DNA from: an uncultured bacterium
Lineage (GTDB): Bacteria; Schekmanbacteria; GWA2-38-11; J061
Direction of reading: 5' to 3'
Assembly: GCA_964549305.1 (NCBI GenBank)
Contig: CAZJVM010000016.1
Location: 1-48,099 of the forward strand
DNA: 48,099 nt
Shown: one piece after another, positions 30,276-40,202 of the stretch
How positions within the stretch are numbered: position 1 is the first letter of the stretch
How the letters are laid out: each line of letters starts with the position of its first letter
The notes under the pieces: generated by a model
What the model was told of the DNA's origin: nothing
Seen by the model: only the letters and a program-made list of their open reading frames with translations
The model's database searches: none
Made by a program: the position numbers and the translations under genes

Positions 30276-31412
30276 ATGGAGGAGGATGCCCTTATGATGA
30301 AAAGACTCTCCGTTTCTTTCCTGTTTATTATTGTGTTTATCTTTTTAACTTCTTTTCCCCTTTGGGGGCAAACCGGATTTCAGCCTTCTGCCACCTGTGC
30401 CACTTGCCACGAGAAGAGGCATAGCGAGTGGAAAAATTCCGCTATGACACTGGGCATGAATGACCTTATTTTCGTTAAGTTTTACGAGTTGGCGCCGGAA
30501 GATTTAAGGATGGAATGTCTTTCGTGCCATTCTCCCGCAGCTTTTTTGAATAAGGATATGAATTTCGAATTAACTTCGTCGAAGGAAAATATGCAGTGTG
30601 ATTTTTGTCATACGGCAAAAAATATCATCAAGGGGGAGAAATTCGATTATTATGAATTTGACCCGGGTTTTATGAAAAGGGGTAATTTAAAAGACCCGGA
30701 AACAAACTTGCACGAAGGTGTCTATTCCCCGCTTCATACAAAGTCGGTTTTTTGTTCTGTATGCCACGGATATAAATTTATGGGCAAAGTCGCTCTTGAC
30801 AGGATATACGGCGAGTGGGCGGAAAGCGAATACGCGGACACGGACACCCATTGTCAGGATTGTCATATGAGACCTTATACGGTGAAATACGGTGATGAAG
30901 CGCAGGAGTATTATAGACACACCTTTGACGGACCGATGAAAATCTTTTTTGGAATGGATGAGGAGAAAAAAAGCGGCGAATTAATTTCCGATGCCATTGA
31001 AATCGTCGGCGCAATCAGGGAATTTAAAAAGGGAAGTGAAATAACCGTATCGGTGGTTAACGACAATGCAGGTCATTATATTCCGGCGTCTTCACACGGA
31101 TTGAGAAGGTTTGTCGTTGAAACGACGGCATTCGGTGAAGAAGGGAAAATAATATTGAGAGATAGAGATAAATTGGGACTTTTCCTTTCCGACAACAAGG
31201 GCGGGGACGCGCATTTTTTCTGGAATGCTGCAACGATAAAATCCGATACCAGAATACCCCCCGGGAAGAAAAGAAATTTTGTTTTCACGACGGAACTTCC
31301 CGTAAAGCAGGTTAAGGTAAAATTATACGAAAATCTTATCCCCGAAGAAATCGCTTTGAAACTCAATATTCAGAAATACGGCATTCTTTTGAAGGAAACG
31401 GAATTCCCGTAG
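30276..31412 (+). CDS. Exported pentaheme c-type cytochrome
   Basis: Signal peptide; CATCH, CLSCH, CDFCH, CSVCH, CQDCH; start probably ATG 30294 or 30297 after GGAGGAGG. Confidence 0.88.
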   Translation: MEEDALMMKRLSVSFLFIIVFIFLTSFPLWGQTGFQPSATCATCHEKRHSEWKNSAMTLGMNDLIFVKFYELAPEDLRMECLSCHSPAAFLNKDMNFELTSSKENMQCDFCHTAKNIIKGEKFDYYEFDPGFMKRGNLKDPETNLHEGVYSPLHTKSVFCSVCHGYKFMGKVALDRIYGEWAESEYADTDTHCQDCHMRPYTVKYGDEAQEYYRHTFDGPMKIFFGMDEEKKSGELISDAIEIVGAIREFKKGSEITVSVVNDNAGHYIPASSHGLRRFVVETTAFGEEGKIILRDRDKLGLFLSDNKGGDAHFFWNAATIKSDTRIPPGKKRNFVFTTELPVKQVKVKLYENLIPEEIALKLNIQKYGILLKETEFP

Positions 31413-31418
31413 AGGGAA

Positions 31419-32384
31419 TTATTCGTAAAGAAGGCACGATACGAGCACATCTCCCGATTGATTGAGTTTTGGCGCAATCCCTGAACATTCCGGCATTTTT
31501 TCGGGGCACCTTGGATGAAAGTGGCATCCCGGCGGTCTGTCCACAGGGCTTGGCACGTCGCCTGAAATAATTATCTTTTTCCGTTTGCTTTTAGGGTCTG
31601 CCACTGGAACAGAATTAAGCAGAATTTTTGTATAAGGGTGTTTTGGAGAGTCGTAAATATTTTCGCTTTTTCCGTATTCGACGATTTTTCCAAGATACAT
31701 TACCGCAAGTCTGTCGCTTATGAATCGTACGAGATTGAGATCATGAGAGATGAAAATATAGGTGAGGTTCAATTTTCCCTTAAGCTCGAGCAAAAGGTTT
31801 ATAATTTGTGCCTGAATTGAAACATCGAGTGCCGATACGGGTTCATCTGCAATTATGATATCCGGTTTCAGAGCAATTGCCCGGGCAATGCCTATACGTT
31901 GCCTTTGTCCACCGCTGAATTCGTGAGGATAACGCTCGGCGTATTCAGGGGAAAGTCCCACAGTTTCAAGAAGTGTCTTTGTTTTTCCTTCTATGTCGTT
32001 TTTAGGCGCGGCATTATGGATTTTGAAAGGTTCGGCTATTATTTTGCCGATTTTCATTCTTGGATTGAGGGAAGAGTAGGGGTCCTGAAAAATCATCTGC
32101 ATCTTTTGTCTCAGCGGTTTCATCTGCCTGCTGTTTAATTTAGTGATGTTTTCTCCCCTGAAGTAGATTTCTCCCCCCGTGGGTTCGATTAATTTAAGTA
32201 TTGTCCTGCCGAGAGTGGTCTTCCCGCAACCGCTTTCTCCCACAAGTCCTAAAATTTCGCCTTCATTCACTGATACCGAGACATCGTCGAGAGCATAGAC
32301 AAAACCTTTTTGCTGAGAGAAGATATTGCTTCTAAGCGGAAAATATGTTTTCAGATTTTTTACATTAAGCAAAGTATTTTTCAT
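31419..32384 (-). CDS. Oligopeptide/dipeptide ABC transporter ATP-binding subunit (OppF/AppF/DppF type)
   Basis: [51 protein letters not shown]. Confidence 0.93.
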   Translation of the reverse strand: MKNTLLNVKNLKTYFPLRSNIFSQQKGFVYALDDVSVSVNEGEILGLVGESGCGKTTLGRTILKLIEPTGGEIYFRGENITKLNSRQMKPLRQKMQMIFQDPYSSLNPRMKIGKIIAEPFKIHNAAPKNDIEGKTKTLLETVGLSPEYAERYPHEFSGGQRQRIGIARAIALKPDIIIADEPVSALDVSIQAQIINLLLELKGKLNLTYIFISHDLNLVRFISDRLAVMYLGKIVEYGKSENIYDSPKHPYTKILLNSVPVADPKSKRKKIIISGDVPSPVDRPPGCHFHPRCPEKMPECSGIAPKLNQSGDVLVSCLLYE

Positions 32385-32446
32385 AACTATCTTTTTACTA
32401 CAAGAAACGATAATGATAAAGAAACTTTATAATCTTGCGGCGGAAA

Positions 32447-33085
32447 ATGGCAAAAATAATAAAAATCAATCCTTCCTCTCCTGAAAAAGATTTATTGGAT
32501 GAGGTTTTTTTCTGCCTTGAGAAGGGCCAAATTGCTGCTTACCCAACGGAAACATGCTACGGAATCGGCGCTGATGCCTTTAACGGGGATGCGGTTTCTC
32601 GTCTTAGGGCGTTAAAAGAAAGAGATTCCGGCAAAGCAATATCACTGATTGCAGGAAATCTGGAAATGGCAATGAGTGTTTTTAAAGATAAAAGCGCTGC
32701 ACTCAGGACAGTGGCGGAAAAATTTTGGCCGGGACCTCTTACGGTAGTTGGCGAAACAAATTTAACATTTGCCAAAGGCGTTACTTCATCTCTTAACAGG
32801 GTTGGAGTAAGGGTGCCTTCAAACTTGATTGCAATGGCAATATCGAACCGGATGAAATCTTTCATTACCGCAACGAGCGCGAATATTTCAGGTGAAAGGG
32901 AATGCCGAAGCGCCGATGAGGTTAACGCGCTTTTTGGCGGGAAAATAGATTTGATAATAGACGGGGGAAAAACTCCTCACACAGGTGTTTCCACTGTTAT
33001 CCTCGTTGAACGTGACAGTTGCAGCATTTTAAGGGAAGGAGTTATAAAACAGGGGACTTTGGAGAAAATAATAACTTTGACATAG
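32447..33085 (+). CDS. tsaC: L-threonylcarbamoyladenylate synthase (YrdC/TsaC)
   Basis: YPTETCYG, LKER, FWPGPLT, GVRVP, TATSANISG, STV, LREG; ATG 32447 preferred over TTG 32435. Confidence 0.93.
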   Translation: MAKIIKINPSSPEKDLLDEVFFCLEKGQIAAYPTETCYGIGADAFNGDAVSRLRALKERDSGKAISLIAGNLEMAMSVFKDKSAALRTVAEKFWPGPLTVVGETNLTFAKGVTSSLNRVGVRVPSNLIAMAISNRMKSFITATSANISGERECRSADEVNALFGGKIDLIIDGGKTPHTGVSTVILVERDSCSILREGVIKQGTLEKIITLT

Positions 33086-33311
33086 AATTGATAACATTGG
33101 ATTTAAATGGATTTTTATAAGTTATTATAGCCTTAGTTGTTTTTTTATTGCTGTATTTGCATTATCGGAATTGCACTTGCAAAGGTGGAAAAAAGCTCTT
33201 TGTCTATTTGATTGTTGCATAAAAATTCATTCTTTGCTATGTATCACTGTTTTTTACGGCAACCAAATGTGATGGCAGAGGACTTTTGAAAACTATTGAA
33301 AGGAGTACATC

Positions 33312-33449
33312 ATGTCCATAACACACAGCAAACCGAGCAATCTTAAAAGAAAAAGAAGGCACGGTTTCAGAAAAAGAATGAGTACAAAAGCGGGAAGAAA
33401 AATATTGAAAAGAAGAAGGGCTAAAGGAAGAACAGTCCTTTCTGCCTGA
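33312..33449 (+). CDS. rpmH: 50S ribosomal protein bL34 (absent from ORF track)
   Basis: [53 protein letters not shown]; upstream of rnpA. Confidence 0.96.
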   Translation: MSITHSKPSNLKRKRRHGFRKRMSTKAGRKILKRRRAKGRTVLSA

Positions 33450-33465
33450 TTCAGGATGTGTCCTG

Positions 33466-33822
33466 ATGCCTAAACAATTTTCTTTTGGCAGAGAGCATCG
33501 TCTGTCGGATAAACGGGATATTCAAAGATTAAGCAAGTCGGGAACTGTAATAAAATCGGAAAGTTTTCTATTGAAATTTTTCGAAAATGATGTGGGGATA
33601 AACAGAATTTGTTTTTCAATTAGCGGCAAAATAGCCACATCTCCCCAAAGAAACCGGGTCAGAAGACTTTTCAGGGAAATATTCAGAATTAACAAGAAAA
33701 CGATACCTCAGGGTTTTGATTATATGTTTATCTTTAATAGAAAAGTTTTGAGTAAGCCCTATGCTGAGCTCGAGAATGAATTCATTGCGTCTGTTTTGTC
33801 TTTGCAGAAGATGAAAAAGTGA
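33466..33822 (+). CDS. rnpA: Ribonuclease P protein component
   Basis: [13 protein letters not shown] motif; synteny. Confidence 0.9.
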   Translation: MPKQFSFGREHRLSDKRDIQRLSKSGTVIKSESFLLKFFENDVGINRICFSISGKIATSPQRNRVRRLFREIFRINKKTIPQGFDYMFIFNRKVLSKPYAELENEFIASVLSLQKMKK

Positions 33823-34049
33823 GCGGACGATTGAGAATTTTAAGATATATACCGATTTCTTTCATAAAAATTTACCAACTCTTAATTTCTCCCTTATTTA
33901 TTCCTTCCTGCCGTTTTGAGCCGAGTTGTTCAGATTATGCATTAGAGGCATATAAAAAATATGGTTTTTTTAAAGGGACATTCCTGACTTTGAAAAGAGT
34001 CTTCAAATGCAATCCTTTCGGCGGAAGCGGATATGATCCTTTAGATTAA
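33819..34049 (+). CDS. yidD: Membrane protein insertion efficiency factor
   Basis: [25 protein letters not shown]. Confidence 0.95.
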   Translation: MSGRLRILRYIPISFIKIYQLLISPLFIPSCRFEPSCSDYALEAYKKYGFFKGTFLTLKRVFKCNPFGGSGYDPLD

Positions 34050-34086
34050 AAGCGAATTCAACAAGCCAAACGGAGACATTTAAATA

Positions 34087-35799
34087 ATGAGATACAGATT
34101 AGTGATATTTATAATATTGAGCAGCCTGATTTTGCTCGGTTATCAATATTATTTTATGCCAAGGCCATCCCAACTGCAGGAAGGGGAAAAGGTTTTAGAA
34201 ACGCAAGCTGTAACTGAAAACACAGGCGAAAGCCAGACTATTACTCGAACAGAGACTCAAAAACAGCCCCAACCATTGCTTCCATCACCCAAGTTAGAGG
34301 ATTCCGTTGAAAATATAAAAGATGCCATATCGGATTCGGCAGACGGCGCAGAGGACAGAAAAATAGAAGTTGAAACAGAAGTGCTGAATTTAGTTTTTTC
34401 AGAGAAGGGCGGTTATATCGAAGAAGTCACCCTTAAAAAATTCAGTACAGAAAAAACACCTGTCAAGCTTTTTGAAAACTCTTATTATGGCGCAGTTTTC
34501 TTTTCCGGAGACCTTGAGAAAAAAGCTTCTTCTTTTGTTTTTGAAGGGCCTTCCAAAATCGTTCTCCGTAAAGGTGAAACCAGAGAACTTGTTTTTAAAA
34601 CTGAAGCAGAGGGTGTTGAAATTGAAAAAAGATTTTCACTAAAGGGCGCGGAATATACGATAGATATGCTCCTGGGATTGAGAAACGGTTCCGAAGACAA
34701 GAAGGATATCTCCGAACAGATAATTCTCGGTCCTCAATTTTTTCATATGGGTGAAGAGACAAAGGACAGATATGCGGGACATATCGGTCCCGTTGTTTCC
34801 AAAAGCGGAAAGCCAGTACGAGAAAAACTGGAAGACCTTGAATCTTCAAAGATATTTTCGGGAGATGTAGAATGGGCGGGAATGGAGAGCAAGTACTTTC
34901 TTGCTTCAATCAAACTTCCCGACAAGGACTATTCCGTAGCTCTTTTTCCTGAAGAGAAAAAAATGCTTACCATAGGCGCGCAATCAAAATTTTTCAGCCT
35001 TAAGCCCCTTGAATCGGTGAAGGTAAAATATCCTCTTTATGTGGGGCCGAAGTACTACAATGTTCTCGAGAAGCAGGGACTTGGAAATGCTGTTGATTTC
35101 GGATGGTTTGGAATTCTTGGTAAACCTCTTCTCGTGGCGCTTAACTGGATTTATTCATATCTGGGGAATTACGGGTTTTCCATAGTCATAATCACAATTA
35201 TTCTGAAAATTATTTTTTTCCCCCTTACGCAAAAGAGTTTCACATCAATGCAGCAGATGAAAAACATACAACCGCAGATTAAGGCAATTCGTGATAAATA
35301 TAAAAAAGATTCGAAGAAAATGAACGAGGAAACTATGGCTCTTTACAAGGAGCAGGGAGTAAATCCTATGGGAGGTTGCCTTCCGATGGTTCTTCAGATT
35401 CCCGTTTTCATTGCCTTTTACAATGTCCTTCTGAATTCCGTGGAGTTAATGGGGGCGCCCTTTTTCTGGTGGATGAAAGACTTGTCGCAAAAGGACCCCT
35501 ATTATATAACTCCCATATTAATGGGAGTGACGATGCTTTTACAGCAGAAGATGACTCCCACTGCGGGAGACCCCAGGCAGGCGCAGATTATGATGATAAT
35601 GCCCGTTGTTTTTACATTTATGTTTATGTCCTTTCCTGTGGGATTGGTTGTCTATTGGACAGTCAATAACATTCTTACCATAGCCCAGCAGTATTTCATG
35701 ATGCCCAAGGATAGTGAGTCGGAAGCGGAGAATTCAGGAAAGAGCAGGTCCGCCCGCAAAAAAAAGGCTAAAGGAAAGGAGTCTGCTAAGAAAAAATGA
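34087..35799 (+). CDS. yidC: Membrane protein insertase
   Basis: LYVGPK, VDFGWF, GVNPMGGCLPMVLQIPVF, DLSQKDPYY, YW..NN. Confidence 0.97.
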   Translation: MRYRLVIFIILSSLILLGYQYYFMPRPSQLQEGEKVLETQAVTENTGESQTITRTETQKQPQPLLPSPKLEDSVENIKDAISDSADGAEDRKIEVETEVLNLVFSEKGGYIEEVTLKKFSTEKTPVKLFENSYYGAVFFSGDLEKKASSFVFEGPSKIVLRKGETRELVFKTEAEGVEIEKRFSLKGAEYTIDMLLGLRNGSEDKKDISEQIILGPQFFHMGEETKDRYAGHIGPVVSKSGKPVREKLEDLESSKIFSGDVEWAGMESKYFLASIKLPDKDYSVALFPEEKKMLTIGAQSKFFSLKPLESVKVKYPLYVGPKYYNVLEKQGLGNAVDFGWFGILGKPLLVALNWIYSYLGNYGFSIVIITIILKIIFFPLTQKSFTSMQQMKNIQPQIKAIRDKYKKDSKKMNEETMALYKEQGVNPMGGCLPMVLQIPVFIAFYNVLLNSVELMGAPFFWWMKDLSQKDPYYITPILMGVTMLLQQKMTPTAGDPRQAQIMMIMPVVFTFMFMSFPVGLVVYWTVNNILTIAQQYFMMPKDSESEAENSGKSRSARKKKAKGKESAKKK

Positions 35800-36449
35800 A
35801 GTTCATCGGGGAAGGGGAAACGGCAGGCGAAGCTATAGAAAATGCGCTCAGGAAACATTGTCTTTTTCGGGACGAAGTTAAAGCTGAAGTTATATATAAG
35901 GGAAGAAAAGGTTTTTTGGGTTTTTTCCGCAAACCTGCAAAAATCAAACTGGAAGTAATCCAGTTAACCCCGGAAGAAAAGGCGGCGCTGGTCGTTAAAA
36001 AAATAATCGGTGGACTCGGCTATGAAGCAATTGTCGATACGAAGAAAAACGGAAACCGCATTTTTTTGAATATAACCTCAAAAGATGCCTCGCGCCTCAT
36101 AGGGAAACGGGGCGAAACGCTTTTTGCCTTAGAGCATATTATCAATAAGTCCCTGTCAGCGAGGAAAGAGGAATCGATAAGTGTGGAAGTAGATATTGAT
36201 TCGTACCGCAGAAAGAGATATTCCACTTTAAAAAGAATGGCGAAGAATGCCGTCGAAAAAGCTAAAAAAAGCGGTAAACCGTCATTTCTTCCGCACCTTC
36301 CTTCCTGGGAAAGACTTGTCGTATATAATTATTTAAGAAATATTGCCGGTATCGATGCAAAAAGCAAAGGGAAAGGCGAAAATAAGAAAATTGCCGTTTA
36401 TCCCGCAAATGCCCGACAATCAAAAGGGAAAGAGAAGAAATCCGCCTGA
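35796..36449 (+). CDS. jag: Jag/KhpB/EloR RNA-binding protein
   Basis: Jag N-domain (KGFLG), KH motif IGKRGETL, R3H-like C-domain; synteny. Confidence 0.88.
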   Translation: MKFIGEGETAGEAIENALRKHCLFRDEVKAEVIYKGRKGFLGFFRKPAKIKLEVIQLTPEEKAALVVKKIIGGLGYEAIVDTKKNGNRIFLNITSKDASRLIGKRGETLFALEHIINKSLSARKEESISVEVDIDSYRRKRYSTLKRMAKNAVEKAKKSGKPSFLPHLPSWERLVVYNYLRNIAGIDAKSKGKGENKKIAVYPANARQSKGKEKKSA

Positions 36450-36455
36450 TTCATT

Positions 36456-38450
36456 TTAAGCCACTTTTGGGCGGGATTCTTCTGTTTGCGCGTTTTCATC
36501 GATTTTATTGCTTTCCTGAATTTTGAATTCTTCCACCATTTTCTGCATTTCCTGCGCCTGGCAGGATAATTCTGCGCATGAGCTTGCGGTCTCTTCCGAG
36601 TTTGCGGAATTCTTCTGAGTTATGATGTTAATTTCTCCAACTGCCGCGCCCACTTCGTCAATCAGTCTGGCTTGGTTTGAGCAGGCTTTTGCAATGTTTT
36701 CCACTACATCACCTGTTTTAATGACGTTTTGGTTTATTTCTTCAAGATTGGCGAAAACCTCCTCGTTAAGCTCAACGCCTCTGTCAGATTTTTTGACAGA
36801 TTCATCTATCATTCTTGCGGTATTTTTTGCCGCTTCAGCGCTTCTTATGGCAAGGTTTCTCACTTCTTCGGCCACTACGGCGAATCCTCTTCCAGCGTCT
36901 CCCGCGCGTGCCGCTTCCACTGCGGCATTCAGCGCAAGAAGGTTTGTCTGAAAAGCGATTTCATCTATTGTCTTTACAATCTTTGCGGTTTTATCGGAGG
37001 AGTCCTTAATTTGTCCAATTGCCTCTGAAAGCCTTTCCATGCTTTCCTTGCCTTTTGACGCACTTTTACGGGAAAAGACAGATAACTTTTTGGCAATATC
37101 GGAATGGTCGGTGTTTTTGTTTGTTATGTCGGTAATTTCCATAAGAGTATTTTCGACCTTTTCAAGCGATTCCGCCTGTTCCATCGCCCCTGTCGCGATG
37201 ACTTGTCCGGCATTGCTTAATTGAGTTGATTCTAAAGTTATTTCTCTTGATGCATTTGAAACTCTGTTTATGTTATCGCTAAGATTGTGGATAGCTTTGT
37301 TAAGGGCACAGGCGATTTTTGCATAGTCTCCATTATAATTGCCTTTCATTTTTTTTGTAAAATCTTTTGATGCGATTGCCTCAAGGACTCTCAATGCTTC
37401 ATTAATTGGTTTTATGATACAATCTAAAGTTTCGTTTATTCCTTCGATGAGCTTTTTGTAAACACCCTTGAAGTTTTCAGAATTGCCTCTCTTGTTAAGT
37501 TTTCCCTCCTTTGCCCATTTGGTGAGCTGATTTGTTTCGTTTGTAAGAGATTCCATGGCAGCGCTTATATCCATTACAGACTTGCTCAAAATGTCCTTTT
37601 CACCCAAAGGCGTAAGCTTCACGGAAAGGTCGCCCTGGGAGATGCGTTTGATTGCAAAGGCAATTCCACCGAGGGAATTCAGCACTTTTCTAATTGCCTC
37701 GTTCAGTCTTCCCGCCTCGTCAACTGATGTTTTTTCAATTTTTTCGGGAAAATCTCCTTCCGCTATCATTTCCATAGTTCTAACTGCATTATTGATTGGG
37801 TTTACGATTTTTCTGATAAGAAAATACGCGCAGGCAATTCCTATAAATATTGTCAATATTCCCAGAACACCCAATGTGCGAATCGACCCTCTGTAGGTTT
37901 GATATGATTCTTCGACTGACTTCGTAACGTGATTTGTCTGAAGCACAGTGAAAGCGGTAACCGATGCCTTGTATTCATTGAAAAGCGCTGCGGTTTCCTC
38001 TGTTATAATTTTTCTTGCTTCGCTCTTTTTGTTTTCTTTCAGGGCAAGTGCCAAAACTTTGTTGAGGGAGTTTTCATATTTCTCCTTGTTTTTTTCAATG
38101 ACGGCAAGAGATTTCGACTCTTCATCGCTTTTAATTTGGCTTTTCAGCATTGCGATTAGTTTGTCGCTTTCTTCAAAATCGCTTTGTATAGTTTTCAGAC
38201 CGTTATTTAATTCATCTTCGCTCGTATGATGGAAGATGATTTTCTGCATATTGTTATTCTTACAGGCAAGGTCAATAAGGGCGCTCGATAATGCCGCTTT
38301 TTTCCATTCCACACTGAATATATTGGAAGTGATATCATGCATTTTCCCCATTCCGTTTATTGCCTGCAGGAGAACTAATCCGGTCATCACTATTATGATT
38401 GCAAATCCAACGGATAGAAGAGTTCGCATCCTAAAGCTTTTATTTGCCAT
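36456..38450 (-). CDS. Methyl-accepting chemotaxis protein (four-helix sensor, multiple HAMP-like segments)
   Basis: Two TMs; IAFQTNLLALNAAVEAARAGDAGRGFAVVAEEVRNLA; ATG 38450 after GGAGGA. Confidence 0.95.
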   Translation of the reverse strand: MANKSFRMRTLLSVGFAIIIVMTGLVLLQAINGMGKMHDITSNIFSVEWKKAALSSALIDLACKNNNMQKIIFHHTSEDELNNGLKTIQSDFEESDKLIAMLKSQIKSDEESKSLAVIEKNKEKYENSLNKVLALALKENKKSEARKIITEETAALFNEYKASVTAFTVLQTNHVTKSVEESYQTYRGSIRTLGVLGILTIFIGIACAYFLIRKIVNPINNAVRTMEMIAEGDFPEKIEKTSVDEAGRLNEAIRKVLNSLGGIAFAIKRISQGDLSVKLTPLGEKDILSKSVMDISAAMESLTNETNQLTKWAKEGKLNKRGNSENFKGVYKKLIEGINETLDCIIKPINEALRVLEAIASKDFTKKMKGNYNGDYAKIACALNKAIHNLSDNINRVSNASREITLESTQLSNAGQVIATGAMEQAESLEKVENTLMEITDITNKNTDHSDIAKKLSVFSRKSASKGKESMERLSEAIGQIKDSSDKTAKIVKTIDEIAFQTNLLALNAAVEAARAGDAGRGFAVVAEEVRNLAIRSAEAAKNTARMIDESVKKSDRGVELNEEVFANLEEINQNVIKTGDVVENIAKACSNQARLIDEVGAAVGEINIITQKNSANSEETASSCAELSCQAQEMQKMVEEFKIQESNKIDENAQTEESRPKVA

Positions 38451-38768
38451 CAAAGTCCTCCGCAACGATTTTTACAATGGAATGTATAATTGATATTTTC
38501 AGATTTGCCTTTATTTTCATCAAACATTTTGTTTTTCATTTCATTTTTCTGAATGTCATATGTCCTTTAAATCGAAATATTTTTCTTTTATTTTAGATAT
38601 TATTTACTGTTATCAACGCCGGAGTTGATTATTTGCCGGTATGCCGTGGTATCCTGATTTTCTATGGACAATATGAATCAAAGCGTTTTGACTGTAGAGT
38701 GGATTTTTTGGATTTCTTTATATATAAAAGGTGTCCTTGATTATAAAATTGTAAGCGAATATTAAATT

Positions 38769-40172
38769 ATGGAAGATTTCTTGAAAAAAGACGTTATTGT
38801 GGCAATTTCCACTCCTCCGGGAAGAGGGGGAATAGGAATAGTGAGAATGTCGGGCGAAGGAGTGACAGACATTGCGGACAAAATAATTTTTCCTCTCGAT
38901 GAAGGATTATTTTCAGATATTTCTCCAAAGCGTTTTATTGTTGCAAGGGTTAAGGATGCCTCAAATGGTGAAATCATCGACAATGTGATGTCGGTGCGTA
39001 TGAAGGCGCCTTTTAGCTATACGGGGGAAGACTCCGTTGAAATTCATTGTCACGGCGCGCCTTATATTCTTAACAAGACGCTTTCTCTTTGTATCTATAA
39101 CGGCGCGAGGCTTGCCAGTCCCGGTGAATTTACAAGAAGGGCTTTTTTGAACGGCAGGATTGACCTGATGCAGGCGGAAGCAGTTGCCGATTTGATTGGC
39201 GCTGACAGCAGAATAAGCAGTCAGTGCGCGCTAAGGCAGTTAAACGGTGAATTGGGAAACAAACTCGACTCCCTGAAAGAGAAAATTGTAGATGTTTTGA
39301 GCGCATTGGAAGCGGAAATCGATTTTCCCGAAGATACTGCCGAAGAGAAATGCGAAGAAGGCCTGAAGGAAAAGCTCGATGATATTTTGCTCAAAACCTA
39401 TTTTCTCATTAAAAGCGCGGACAAGGGCATTGTTTTAAGGGACGGATATCATTGTGTAATAGCCGGAAAAACAAATGTGGGCAAATCGAGCCTTTTTAAT
39501 GTCATTTTAGGTGAATCAAGGTCTATTACTACGGACACTCCGGGCACTACAAGGGACTTTATTACCGAAGAAATCGAAGTAGGCGGTTATCCCGTCAGAG
39601 TTACTGACACTGCCGGAATAATGGACGGGAAGGATGATATTGATAAAGAAAGCGTCAGAAGAAGCATAAAATGTCTTGAAAATGCGGATTTCGTTCTTTT
39701 TGTAGTAGATGCATCTTCACCTCTGACAGATGAAGATTTTGAAACTTACCACACATTTTCCCGAAAGTGCGGGGATATGGCTCACATCCTGGTTTTAAAC
39801 AAGATTGACCTTGGCAAAAAAATCAATTTAGAGAAGGTTATAAATGAGTTCAAAAGCAAGGTCTATGTTGAGGTTTCCGCGAAAAGTGAGACAGGTATCG
39901 AAACTCTTCTAGAAAAAATTGCGTTAAATATTGAAAATGAATTTTCAGGCATAGAGAGGGATGTTGTGGTAAATATAAGGCACAGAAAAAAGCTTGAAGA
40001 GATGAACGAATATCTTAAAAAAGCACTTACAGGTATCGGAAACAATATGTCAGAGGAATTTCTCGCATGCGACCTTAAATCCGCCCTTGATTGCCTCGGA
40101 GAAATAAAGGGGGAAAATTATAGCGAAGAAATTCTCGATACCATTTTTGAGAGATTTTGCATAGGGAAGTGA
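38769..40172 (+). CDS. mnmE: tRNA modification GTPase MnmE
   Basis: GIGIVRMSG, YTGED, PGEFTRRAFLNGR, GKTNVGKS, GTTRD, DTAG, NKID, FCIGK. Confidence 0.97.
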   Translation: MEDFLKKDVIVAISTPPGRGGIGIVRMSGEGVTDIADKIIFPLDEGLFSDISPKRFIVARVKDASNGEIIDNVMSVRMKAPFSYTGEDSVEIHCHGAPYILNKTLSLCIYNGARLASPGEFTRRAFLNGRIDLMQAEAVADLIGADSRISSQCALRQLNGELGNKLDSLKEKIVDVLSALEAEIDFPEDTAEEKCEEGLKEKLDDILLKTYFLIKSADKGIVLRDGYHCVIAGKTNVGKSSLFNVILGESRSITTDTPGTTRDFITEEIEVGGYPVRVTDTAGIMDGKDDIDKESVRRSIKCLENADFVLFVVDASSPLTDEDFETYHTFSRKCGDMAHILVLNKIDLGKKINLEKVINEFKSKVYVEVSAKSETGIETLLEKIALNIENEFSGIERDVVVNIRHRKKLEEMNEYLKKALTGIGNNMSEEFLACDLKSALDCLGEIKGENYSEEILDTIFERFCIGK

Positions 40173-40202
40173 CCGTCCGCAATTTTCAAAAGGAAATAAA
40201 AT

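Noticed and set aside
33107..33222. Hydrophobic peptide frame VIIALVVFLLLYLHYRNCTCKGGKK upstream of rpmH
   Set aside because: No in-frame ATG without assuming an indel; T-rich DNA readily yields hydrophobic translations
38466..38768. Possible c-di-GMP riboswitch upstream of the MCP; small ATCAAC/GTTGAT hairpin
   Set aside because: No GEMM consensus visible by eye; an Rfam scan would settle it
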